A stretch of DNA of 64,000 nt from Marsupella aquatica (lineage: Eukaryota > Plantae > Marchantiophyta): NCBI GenBank assembly GCA_973895155.1, contig OZ316893.1:12044359-12108358 (forward strand). Direction: 5' to 3'. Below, one piece after another: positions 49,305 to 61,069 of the stretch. A model generated the notes under the pieces. The model was not told the origin of the DNA. It worked only from the letters and a program-made list of their open reading frames with translations, and ran no database searches. Every line of letters begins with the position of its first letter. The stretch's first letter is position 1. The translations under genes were made by a program, and so were the position numbers.

Positions 49305-49463
49305 GAGGGAGTTGCTTGATGGGACCCCAAATGAAAATGTTTTACTTGATAGGACCACTGAGTGATCCACACCGTTGATTTACCTTGAATAGACGGACCT
49401 AAACTTTCAAGGGTCCAATTAAGTAAAACATTTTCATTTGGGGTCTCACCAAGCAAATCTCTC
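49305..49463. mobile_element. Short fold-back element (MITE-like)
   Basis: About 50-bp arms: TTGCTTGATGGGACCCCAAATGAAAATGTTTTACTTGATAGGACC versus the reverse complement of GGTCCAATTAAGTAAAACATTTTCATTTGGGGTCTCACCAAGCAA. Confidence 0.8.
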
Positions 49464-51479
49464 TAACTTTCACTAATGACCAAACTTTAAAAGGCCCTAT
49501 TATACAAGGCACTTTTTCTATCACCATATATAAACTGTAGAGATATATAAAAAAGTTCGATAGATAAATTATCACCTAAGGCCTCATTCTATAAAGTAGG
49601 TCATAATGGTAGTAGACCTGCATCGCTAGCTTTAATAAATCTTTAATACAGATTTTTATTTTTCCCGCGACATTAGAAAGCGTTACACGGGTACAAACTA
49701 ATTATAATGAGATCGCTCACCGGCAGACAGAGAGGCACGCAGGCAGGACGCATTTGCTGGTGGACTTCCCGGCAAATGCAATTGGCCGGGCATGCAGCAG
49801 GCGTGTGGCAAGCAGGTTCCCGGCGAGAGCTATCCCCGGCGGCCGGGACCCCGGGACGTGTGGCCGTGAACCGTGCTTTGACCGCTGGGATTCGTTTGAC
49901 CGAACGCGCCGTCGCGTGACCTCCGATCCGGTACATACAGAAACTCGTTTTTCTAGACGAATTCGTGGAAATACTGTACTCTTTCGTGTGTACTAATGGG
50001 ATACTGTATAGTGCATAGTGTATAATTGTTTGTATAATTGTGTGTATAATTGTGCCGTATGTATAGTAGATGGTTCCCCCGTGCGGTCGGGCCTACTTAT
50101 CCTTTCTTTAAATAGCACCATAAAGTAGGACGTGGTGGGGTCCACGCATTCGGCTTTTTACTCACTCTTTCTCCGTTCTTTCCGCTCCCGTGTCGGCCTT
50201 TCCAGTTTGCTAATGATTCCTCCCCACATAGCCTGTGGTATGTAATAGACCTAATTATGTAATGTGATCGAAAGGTACTCTCGAGGTCTTATTTAAGGGC
50301 TATATATGCATGTAGTAGGCTTGGAGCTGAAATTTAAATATAAGAATGAGTTGAGTTTGTGAAAATTAAATTTCTAGAATAAATTAATGGTGTAAGTCCT
50401 GATTCCATGATTGGGGTTTGTGAAAATTGAGTTTCTTAAATAAATTAAAGGGTGTTTTTCCTACAAATGGACTGAAGTAAAAGGCTAGCCCTCGTAAATA
50501 AATCAAATCTTTAGTCATCTCTAAAAAACTGGGCATTTTGAGTAGGTCAGATGGATTCACCACATGCAATGTAAAAAAAATTAAAATGTACGGTTTCTCA
50601 TAGTCATTCATGTAGAAACCCACTGAACCTGTTTTGGCATGCACTGCTATTTTCTCGTGTTCTTGTTGCACATGTGTTGCAGTTCCACGTCATTGTTGTG
50701 CTAGATCTAAATAAGGTTGCATTAGTGGTAGCAAAAAATCACAAAATTACACCTCACAAAAATTATTCGCTAGATTTAGCAAAAATCGGTTTTCAGGAAA
50801 AACAATGAAAAAAATTAACGAATGAGGGACCCTAAAGAGGAAAGGGGCATGTGGTTTAGATTTGATTCCGAAGACAGGAGAGGAAAGGGGCAGCACGCGG
50901 ATGTGTGATTTTCTCGTCAGACACTTTTTGCGTCATTTCAGAAAGTTTCCTCTCTACTTCGACCAAATGACAGAGAATTTTACCACACGTGTCCGTGTCC
51001 TTGCCAGCGCAGCTTATTCGCCGCGTGTACTACTCTTTCATGTCGTGTCTCTTCCAGAGGAAAATGAAACTCTGAAAAGTTAAAAGCGCTAACCAGGACT
51101 AGAATCAGGTGAAATGGCAATATAAAAAATACAGGTTAAATCGGGCACCCCACATGACCAGAAAATAACAGTAAAATAGGGGGAATGAAAAGAGGGGGGA
51201 AAAGGAGAAAATAATCAATGCTACGATTAATCTCTGCTCTGGACACGTCACCTGAAACATAATTAATAAAGGAGCGATACATTCTCTCGGTGGACAGTAC
51301 TCTTGCTATTATTGCAATTTCGGTCAGGATAGGTATAGTTATTATATAGAGAAAGAACAAGGAGAGAAAGAACAAGGAGAGAAAGGAACACGTAGAGCCC
51401 CTTCTTTAGCGGATGGGCCCGGGACCAAGATGGTGCGCAGCCCTCTGGGAAGTTCTTTCCTCTAGAAGGTTGCTGGAGA

Positions 51480-52560
51480 ATTTCATTTATATAATCTTTG
51501 GGGCTCTCAGGCCAAACTCTCCCATGGCATGGTCTTGCTGTCCTAAAACTGAAGATGTCATCATGCCATTCGTTTGGATGACCATGCCGTAAACCCCTGG
51601 CCAGACGGAATGTCTTGTGCCTGACCCAAGGGCAAAGACTGGAAACTTATCGGCACTTGGAGGTCCCAACCTTGGGCTGGGAAATAAAACAAGAAAACCA
51701 CTACACCTGTTGTCAACTTGCTATCTTTGGGAGGTAGGGAAGCACATTAGGAAGAGCTACTTTTTCCCAAAAGTATTGGGAGGGCCTATGGCCTCAATCC
51801 TCACATTCCAAGTTGGCTCGTAAAGTGCTCTTTGCATGTATGAGGCACTCCTTTTTGCTGTCCTCAATCCTCCCAAAACTGCCTAGAAGAAGCTGGGCAC
51901 ATTGGGTCAGAATTTTAAGTGTAGTAAAGTTTCTGGCCTTTGCCCTTCATTGTATGAATTGGGGGGATTCTGGTATGAATTGTTTTTGTGTAAGGATGCC
52001 CATCCCTCCATTTGACTCTATGTACGACAGCTCTTAGCTCAGATATCACCCGTCTGCCCCTCTTATTTAGGTAATAAGCATGTGTGAAGTTTTTTGTTTT
52101 GTTGATGAAAAAATGACTTCCAATTTTTCCAGTTGCCACATATTTTATGTCACAGGGCTTTGGGGAAAACCCACTTTGGGATGGGGGTTCAGTGTTAAAG
52201 CTTATTGGCTTACTAAACTTCAACTCTGAATCTTACTTGCCTCAATGAAGACTGATATTATTGGGTAATGTTTGCAATGCACTAATCGGGATCCGCACAC
52301 AGTACGTGGCATTCAAAATTTGAAGGCATGCACCTTCATGTCTTCACCTTCTGTGCATGGTAGTCAGCTCGCAATAATAGGCAACAACAATAAAATTGAG
52401 TTTTGCAGCATTGTCCATCCAAGATGTAATTATCATCCTTTGTTGTTGTCACAAGTGCTGGTTCTTTGAATGTAAACAGAGATGAGAATATTGAAATGAG
52501 AATATTGAAACCCATTCACCAAGTCATGTTCAATTGATTTCCAGCAATTCCTCACACACT
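51480..52560 (-). mobile_element. Degenerate LINE ORF1 (DUF4283-like region plus zinc knuckle)
   Basis: Minus strand: IGSHFFI....W.DG..P, ILTQCAQLLLG, then LP..CF.....C (eroded CX2CX4HX4C) near 51700-51760. Confidence 0.4.
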
Positions 52561-53912
52561 ACTCCAACACACTACACCAGTTTAGAGACTCATCCATCCC
52601 CAATCCGAGCCTCCAATTTCAGTTCACTCCCAAAGTCCCCAGAGTTTGATTTACGGGAGTCAAAATTCCTTTCGCCTTTTTGTACTCACGGTTGGGTCAG
52701 GACGGATATAGTCATACAAAAAAAGAACAAAGCAAAAAGAGGAAAACGCTTATTTAGCTGGTGGGCCCGCAGGCAAGATACTGCGCCGCCCTGGGAAGTT
52801 AAGTTCATTGGGGCAGCGGGCCCTTCTTCCCGAATCTCTAGGCTCTACCTGATCCTCTCTTTCAGGCCTTAACTGAAGCCCTCCAATTAAGGGGATAAGA
52901 TGGACCGTTCGGAAAGGGAGAGATGGACGGTGGATCACGGATACAGCTCCGTTCCAAAGACGTATGTCATATTCTGACTGGTAGAGAAACCGGATCGGGA
53001 ACAATCGGAACAGGGAGAGGCGGCGTCCGTGGTCCGGGGGACAAGGACCACAGCCTTGACTACGACTGTGGCCAAGGTCCCAAACTGACTTAGGTCCGCG
53101 CTACTGTGGTCAACCACTCCTCGCAGCCTCAAAAATTCAGAATACAGTGAATACAGTGGTGTATTGGAATTCCATGACGGTGTTATACACGGAACTAGCT
53201 TTTTGTACAACGTCTTTTATTACTGTTCTATCCCCCAAAATAGTCTCTAAACGCTAAATTATTAAACTGCCTCCTAGTGTTGTCCTGGTTGGCGCAAAAA
53301 AAATTGGACTTGACTGACAAAATATGTGTTTGTGAAACCTCAAAAGAAAAGAATTGCATGATGTATATAAGTGTTAAGAGTACTCTAAGTACCTTATGAA
53401 AACACTGATGTAGTGTATACATCATTTACATGATTAAAGAACTAAATCAGGAGTAAAAACAAAACATTTTGGGGGGGGGCGAGGAGGTAGGGTTAATCTC
53501 TGGAATAAAAGTGATCAATAAAGCATAAGTCCTGTGCAAAACCCAGAGGGTAGTTTAATTACCAGGTTGCACTCCATTTTGAATTTGAGCTGACAGGCTC
53601 TCTACTAATCTAAGGGGTCTGGATAACTGCACATCAAAATATAACATATATAATGTACACATATTTTGATACCATGGTAAAATTTGTTATTTTATTTAAA
53701 TCAATGAATGCACACCTTATATTATCACATTTTGATGTGTGATTATTAGCAGGGCTAGCCTAACTGAGGATGTCAGAGGAGTTGTTAGCCACATGAAGGC
53801 AAAACTCAGATGGCAGTAGGGTAGTTAAATGATCAGGTTTGCACTCCACTTTGAATATGGCCTGACTTGATTGAACTATACTAACCCAGGATTTCACAGT
53901 TGGACTGGTTTC

Positions 53913-54255
53913 TGTTAGGTATTTACTCAAGGTCTAGGGTTACGACATGTAACCATAGTTAGGCTAACCATAGTCGGAGACGTGGTTAGGTTAACTAGGA
54001 TGCACACTATATGCCAAGCGGTGTTTGCTTAGATAAGTGGAACTTAGGCTCATTGTTACGGAGCCACTTGAGAGATGAGGAGAGCTTACACTGTGGAGAC
54101 TTGGTATGGCCGACGGACTTAGAGTTGAGTAAAGCTCTCTTGTGTGTTCCTGTGGACGTAGCCTTGAGGAGGTGAACCACGTCTCTCTTGTGTCGACTAC
54201 TTGCCCATTGGATGTGTCATGTGCTTACCGTTACGAGTGTCGTCTACGCTCAACA
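53913..54255 (+). mobile_element. Solo LTR, Copia-like family A, with a perfect 5-bp TSD
   Basis: TGTTAGG...CTCAACA flanked by GTTTC on both sides (53908-53912, 54256-54260); colinear with 35013-35389. Confidence 0.92.
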
Positions 54256-54639
54256 GTTTCAAACCGATGAAGCATGCGAATATTAACTCCCTCCAACCGC
54301 ACTTTCACTTTTGACCAGGTTCTGGCATAACATTCACTGGAACACAAGTGCTGACTACTCACTTTGAGCAAAAGCTAGCACAATTTAGACCCCCTCGTTT
54401 CTCACATTTACACAGTCAAAAGGGGGTCAGCCTGGACAAACGGTGAAGCTCCACATGTCCCCAAACCAATTAGGTGTAACCTCAGGTTAGTTTATTCTGG
54501 TTAAGCCAACCCGCAGACAAATGAAAGCAACCTGGCTAATAATCAAAATTACTTGTGCGCCCTAGTTAGTACTTGGGACTAGTTTAGGGGACATGAAAGT
54601 AAAACTTGCTATTTAGAAATCAAGGTTCCATGCCGCTGT

Positions 54640-55550
54640 CATTGCCTGCCAAACCTTGGTGGCCTTGGTTGGCGATGAATGAGTTTACAAAAAACCCAAT
54701 ATTTCTCACTTCAGATCTATTTGGAAGTATGCCAAATGGGTTTAGAGACATCCTCAACTCAATTACGCAGCCAGTCCAATGCATTTTACCTGTCCTCATG
54801 CAAATCACAAAGCATTGTTCTTATTGGAGAAACCAGTGGATAAACATAGACATATCATGAGGCACAAAGACAATATGATCTGAATGGGGAAAAGGACCCA
54901 AGTGTCATCCAATAAGTTGGCTCTGGAGTCTTGGATAGTGTTCGAGGACAAACACCATATCCAAATAATAAGAACTTTAGGAATATCTCTACTGTAGTCA
55001 CTTATCTTAGCACTAAAACTTGCAGCATGTGGTAAGACAAGAACAAAGTAATTGAACATTGCATTGGAAACTAATGACCCTCCCCAAAGTTCAGTTGTCC
55101 TCTCTACCAAATGGTATATTCAACCCACAATGCTGGGGTCTCGGACTGGTTGGCAAATTTGTTACCCCGATACAGAACTCTAACAAGGTTGGGGAGATTT
55201 TTCAATTCTGGCTGGTTTGGACACTGCATTGGAAAGCTTTAAAACAGGAGAAGAGCCCCGATAAGATGCTGGTTGAGAGGAGAAAAATCTTTGATGGATC
55301 CATTTGTGATATCCTGGTGACTTTTCAGTGTATGTAGTATTTTTTAGATGATATAATGAAAGCAGGAATATTATGGCCTAGAGTTAATTCCTAGAATGAA
55401 AGATAATCAATGTTTCCCACATGTGGTGAGCAAACTGGGATGCCAGTACTGTGGTGCACTGGTCTACAATTATACTCAAGAGATCCATCTAATCCTCTTT
55501 GTCATTAGTAAAAAAACCTTTAACGATATATAGCTACCAAACAAGCAGTT
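54640..55550 (+). mobile_element. Degenerate LINE ORF2 (end of endonuclease to start of RT)
   Basis: PWLA..F (~GDFN), LD.V (~RLDR) and KSPG*D (~KSPGxDG, at ~55250) occur in order. Confidence 0.5.
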
Positions 55551-55599
55551 ATATCATGTTTCTTAATTAGGAGTTCTTTGCAAGCCCTTGGCTCAAAGA

Positions 55600-56450
55600 C
55601 CTTTTTGCCATGGTGATAAAATCAATCATTCCTTACATTTGATCGGTCACATTTCACTTTACATAACAGCAGCAGTCATCTACAACTTCCATTTTCCCAA
55701 TCCTTCTTGGCATGGAGGGAGACCCTTTTTATGTTGATGTGGACATCCATTTTGTCAAAAATTTAGACCTGATATTAATAGAGTAAACTACCAATTGAGG
55801 CTTGCCGTACCCGTTGAGGCTGCTGTACCCGTTGAGGTTGCACTTTGACATCACTCAGCCCATACTCCCAACATACTAAAGTTAGAGAAGAAGCCTATGG
55901 GGTATTTAAAGTATTCAGTGAGAGAACCCAGTTATTGTAGGAGATGCTCTAACAGCAAGACTCAATTCAAGGAGACTTCGTGGAGAACCAACGGCTATCC
56001 CATTCCACACCCGATTCCACATCCAACCATTGATTCCTTTACAACATTTTGGAGTGGAGGGAGAGACATAGTTGCTCATTTTGGTTTAGTGAGAAATGAA
56101 GTAAACTGCCAGCACCGGGTTGTCAAGACTCCCTTACACAATCAACTCTCGTGCCATACAAATCTATTCTGGATGAAATGTGTAGGTGATCTAAGCACTG
56201 AAATGCAATCGCATCCTTTGTTCCTCATGGTCTGGTACCAAATGTCATTTTGACCGGAAGCCTCCCTTGCCATTTGATTATGGTATCAACTTTTTTGTAG
56301 TCAGGGACCTGAAGGTGCAATTGGGAACCTTTTTCACATCCAAGCCCTCAACTCTCCCTGCAGCTTTCACACTCCTTGAAATGCAGTGTTTAGGCTAAAC
56401 GGCCGACTTCCTGTAGCATCTGACTATTCAGCCATTGCGCACATGTTAGA
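55600..56450 (-). mobile_element. Degenerate LINE ORF2 post-RT fragment, inverted
   Basis: Minus strand IKWQGR.. (~56260) and LP..QEGLG (~55700), similar to W..K.LS..GR and PK.EGGLG. Confidence 0.4.
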
Positions 56451-57559
56451 CAACACTTCCATTCAACATCATTAGTATACTTTGGGTTAGTGAATAAATC
56501 AAAGACTACACTGTATTCGTCCTCATAATGCTATCTATGTGAAATGCCTTTTTGCACTTTCTTGCTTTAATTTGTCTACTCTTCTACTTTGCTGTAGATA
56601 TTTCCCTCCTCTTCTCTTTCCTCTTCTATCAAATGTTCTCTTCCAATTTTGTTATGTTGTGTTCCTTTTTCATTTCCCTTCCAATCGTTCCCTCTCCTTT
56701 TTCCAAGGTGAAGCTTCCAGGACCGCCTGGTTTGACCTTAGGACTCCAATGGACCAGACTTTTTTTAACACCAAAAACTGTTATCTAAGTAAAAGGAACA
56801 GGTATCCAAGAAGGTCCATGCAGGTCTCATTGGTCCATTAAGCATATCATCAGATGTACTGGTCCATGGGAGCTTTAGTTTCGCTTCTTTCCCTTTTTTT
56901 TTCTTCTCTAGTTCACTATTCTTCCCTGCAAAAAAAATTAAAAATAAGAATCAATCCAATCAGGTGAACGAATGTCATAGTGTAAATCTACAAAATGAAA
57001 GGAGACCTTTTATGTCATACCTGAAAGGTTATCATAGGGGTAATAGTGATTAATATGTAGAGAATTTTGGAAGGTAGGAGATGGAGATCATGGATGATCA
57101 AAATTGCCGTAGGGGCTTATTACTTGTCCTGCCCTTGACCCTGCTTTCTTTGCCCCTTGGTTTGTCCACCTTTTCTCTATTGGCAATTTTCGCTTAAACT
57201 AGCCTGAGTGCCTGTTCTTTAAACCTGAACAGAGGTGAGTTCAAGCCTGCTGCACCATTTTCAGAGACTCTACCTACCCCCAAGTTCAGTTATTAGAGAT
57301 TTTCTATGTCTTTATAAACTAGCATGAGTGTCCGTTCTTTGAGCCTAAATAGAAGTGAGTACATTCACACCGCGCAATTCCCATAGTCTCACCTTGCACC
57401 CAATTAAATTTTCACTTGCACTCCCAACTTCAGTTATGCCCGAGTCAAGGTAGGCTTTGGTCTAGACTTTAGGCACTGAAGAGTAGCTCTTGATGGGGAA
57501 TATACATTTCAATAAATGAGGTTTAACATTAGGAGCCCACTTACTAATGTGTACAATGT

Positions 57560-58400
57560 GGGAGGTTTGTTAGAACGAGGAATCAACGCAAGGCCCTCGA
57601 GAATCAATCACTCTTGAGGTGTACAATCTGGGTGGTTTGTACAATCTGTACAATCTGGGGGGAGGTTTGTTGGAACGACGAACCAACGCAAGTGCAAGAC
57701 CCTCAAGAACAAATCCCTCTTGGTAAAGAACTATCATAGCTTCAGGGATGATGGTGCTTGGAATGGTTCGTTTCAAATTCAGCTGTACAGAGACGACGAG
57801 CTCTGCAAAGTCATCACGCGTAGGAGAAATTTGGGAAGCTCTATACATTACTGTAGATTAGTTAGGAACGAAGAAGAAGGATGGGTCCAAGGAGAGAGGA
57901 CAAGAGATGCAACAACTTTTTTGTAGCAAGACCTGGGATCTACCACATGCACATACCTGGCTACAGGGCAACTGTTCATGATGACCTTCAACCATTTTTT
58001 TGTGGCAAGGCCTGGGATCTACCACATGCACATACTTGGCTACAGGTCCCTTGGGGCAACTGTTCATGATGACCTCTTTCAAGCACAGAGACGCGTCAGC
58101 CTTTCTCGACCAGCCGCCTCCAAAAAATCCTGAGAAGAAATTCAGCGCTATTCAAAGGTTGGTCCTTGGTCGATTCTTACCTCCCTCGACCAACCGCCTC
58201 ACCAAGGAATCCTGAGAAATCAACAAAGGTTTGGGCTTCGTTTGATTGCCAGAGGGAATTGTTTGGTTCGGATGATGAGCTCACCACACGGGGCCACGAA
58301 AAGGTCTTGGTGGATACGGGAATGAAAACTCCAATAATTTGTTTTCAAACTGGGAGAAAGTGTGCCAATCACCAAGCAAGCAAGGTTTAATTTTGGAATT
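57560..58400 (+). mobile_element. Degenerate LINE ORF2 C-terminal (zf-RVT) fragment
   Basis: DDELCKV.......IHYC resembles the C..C....E...H....C zinc finger; local tandem duplications are present. Confidence 0.35.
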
Positions 58401-58870
58401 GAAGATGTAGAAGTGTTTGGTGAACTAAAGATGCTTCTGCCGAAACCATTAGAAATAAGATGTAAAGGAAATCTAGTTTGGATTGAACTCATCAAGATTT
58501 GGGCGAAGTGACCAAAGACCCGAGCCTGCTATTTTGGAGACAGAAAGTCAAACAATCGTTTCGCACCAGAAGATCTGTCCTCTCCTTTTTGAAACTGGAA
58601 TGAACGCCTATCAATAGAAGAATTGAAAACCCAACTTTTCCAAACTGTACCGAGAAAGTCAAATTCTTACAATAGCCTCATCCCAGTCAAAGCCCTCAAG
58701 CCAAGATTTACAAATCCCATACACGGCAAGATTCGTCACGCTGGTCAGTGAGTTAGCGATCACTAGTCTCCACGCAGTTTCGGCTATGAAAGAAACCCTT
58801 CTGACGAACGACAGCCTTCCAATGTTATGCCAGCGGAGGGTGGAAAATCTTTTCGCCTTGAAAACTTTCA

Positions 58871-59067
58871 CTCAATTGAAGTATTTCACTGAATTGCATT
58901 AAGAAAACCAGCATACATTGTTTACTCATGGAAGATCTTCGCCATCAAACGGAATGTGCAAATACTCGCTCAATTAAACCATTTCACTGAATTGCGTTAA
59001 GAGGAACAGCGCACATTGTTTTTACTCATGGAAGTTCTTCGCCATCAAACGAAATGTGCAAATACTC
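58871..59067. repeat. Direct tandem duplication of ~97 bp
   Basis: CTCAATT...ATTTCACTGAATTGC.TTAAGA...TTTACTCATGGAAG.TCTTCGCCATCAAACG.AATGTGCAAATACTC occurs twice. Confidence 0.85.
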
Positions 59068-60169
59068 CATGGCCCTCTGTCAATACAGTACTCTTCAATA
59101 TCATAAGGTAGACGAGAAACTTTCAAGCTACAACAAAGGCGTCCATTCATTCAAACACCATCAACGCGTTTTGAATACACTCAACATCCGTGCGTACCAC
59201 AGCAATTCACAATCTCAAAAAGCATCGATACAAACAGAAGAGACCTACATACATGAGAGGGGTTTCCTCAAACAACAGGGGTTGGCCACGCCCCAGATAA
59301 CACAGCAACAAACTCTACATGTGTAGGAATTTCAGCGAAGAAAATTTTACTTCCAGCAATGATGCACCTGAAGTAGATGTGTAGTGCGAACACTCGGTAC
59401 ACGAGTAGCAGAAGAATAAAGAACCAATATTTGTACAATTTTTGGGCAGATTTTCGTGAACTCTCGATTTCTATGAAGCCCTCTCACAAGAACGCCTGCT
59501 GCAATCCCTAGCATTCCGTTCCCCTGGGAAAATCCTTCGTTTCCCAGAAACGCGGTCAAAGAGGCCACACCTACTATGCTACTGCTTGGCATCCCAAAAA
59601 CCGGAAAGAGACGGATAGAATGGAACCCCTCGTCCAGCAAAAATTGAGTATCAATGTCAGGGTCAGTCCTACTACTGTGGGTAGTATCGCCGCGGTCTCC
59701 ACGCCGATGAACTGTCCTGTACCCCTCCTCCACGAAAAACTGAGATCGATGAAGCACTCTGACATATCGAGAGACATGAACTTGGGAAGCATTAGGAACC
59801 AGACCGCCAAGTTGCAACTTGTTCCTGTAGACAGATAGATAGCTCTCTACCACGTCCAGACAGTCTAAAAATATGACATCCACCACGAAATGCGCGCGGA
59901 GAAGATGCCCGGCAATGAGCCTCGCTGCCTGGCTGTGCATGATGTGTACTGAGTGGCTTAGACCTCCATCATCAAACTATACACGGACGGGGTCTAAGTT
60001 CGAAAGTTGGCTGGCAGCAAGACTGGCCCCCCTCCTCCGGTGTAGCTTACGGAAGGAAGCTCTCTTTCTGTCTCTCTCGCTCTCTTTCTGTCTCTCTCGC
60101 TCTCTCTCTATAAGATGACCTCGAAAAGCTTGTTCTTCGGGCGGTCCATGTGGGTCGAACCTCACCCGA

Positions 60170-61069
60170 TCAGGAGAAGCCGGCTAGCATACAATCAGGT
60201 TCCGGAAATGCGAAATCCATACCCAAGCCTGTCGGGGAATGCAATGCTCCCATTTGGTAGATGTTGCCGATGCCAAATCCAGAAGCCATCCCAATCCCGG
60301 TGGGGCTAAGTGGAAGGTTAGAATACTGCATCCGAGGCGAGAGCGAGAATGAATTCGACTGTACAGAGCTCTGCCCCGGCGCTTGTGCTGCTCCTAGGCC
60401 AGCTACTTCCATACCGCCTCCATTGTTGTTGTTATACTCCAGCCTGGTTTCAACCCCTAGCTGTTGTTGAGTTTCACCGGCAGCAAGGCTTTGGGCCAGC
60501 TGACGCATGGCTGCGCTACTAGGCGATTCCAGGGTGTTGGCCCACATCTGGTCATTAGGGGACAAGGCCGGGAGGGGCGAGAAGGTGTGGGGAGACAGTG
60601 TAGAAGGGAAGTTGCCCATTCTTTGGGAGAGAGGTGAGAGTTGGGCGGAGCCAAAGCCACTGAAGGGAATGTTGTTGGTGCTGAACCTCTGACCGTTGGT
60701 CGGTGAAGGTAGAGGAGGCAGGCCGTTCGAGTACTGTTGCATGGGTTGTGGTCCACCGCCGAACTTTGGGTACGAGAACGTGGGACGGAGTGGAGGTGGT
60801 GCAATCTTTGACAGCCGGGAGTTCCCGATGGGCTTGGGGGCTACGAGCTCTGTTGGGGATGTGCCGGTCAGTTCCTGCACCAGAGAACGGAAATGTCCAG
60901 CTTCAATTTTGTAGACTGTTGGCGCTGGCCTAGGCTGAGCCACAGGTCGCCGCAATCCCTTTCCAATTTTTCCCGAAGATTTATTCACTGCCAGAGCGCC
61001 ACCGCCTCCATGGCGTCTACCCAGGTCGGACGCATCTGTTGCATCCATCGGCAAGGCGGAGGCCATCAT
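60170..61069 (-). CDS. IKU1: VQ-motif protein of the HAIKU1 (VQ14)/VQ9 type, 299 aa, intronless
   Basis: FRSLVQELTG (FxxxVQxLTG), plus clade motifs LAVNK..GKI.K, P.VY.I, SRL.KI.PPPL and WANT.ESP.SA.MR; many SP sites. The symbol means clade resemblance, not proven orthology. Confidence 0.92.
   Translation of the reverse strand: MMASALPMDATDASDLGRRHGGGGALAVNKSSGKIGKGLRRPVAQPRPAPTVYKIEAGHFRSLVQELTGTSPTELVAPKPIGNSRLSKIAPPPLRPTFSYPKFGGGPQPMQQYSNGLPPLPSPTNGQRFSTNNIPFSGFGSAQLSPLSQRMGNFPSTLSPHTFSPLPALSPNDQMWANTLESPSSAAMRQLAQSLAAGETQQQLGVETRLEYNNNNGGGMEVAGLGAAQAPGQSSVQSNSFSLSPRMQYSNLPLSPTGIGMASGFGIGNIYQMGALHSPTGLGMDFAFPEPDCMLAGFS

Noticed and set aside
59347-59940. 197-aa ORF downstream of the VQ gene on the same strand
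   Set aside because: No recognisable domain; most likely a chance frame in a long 3' UTR.
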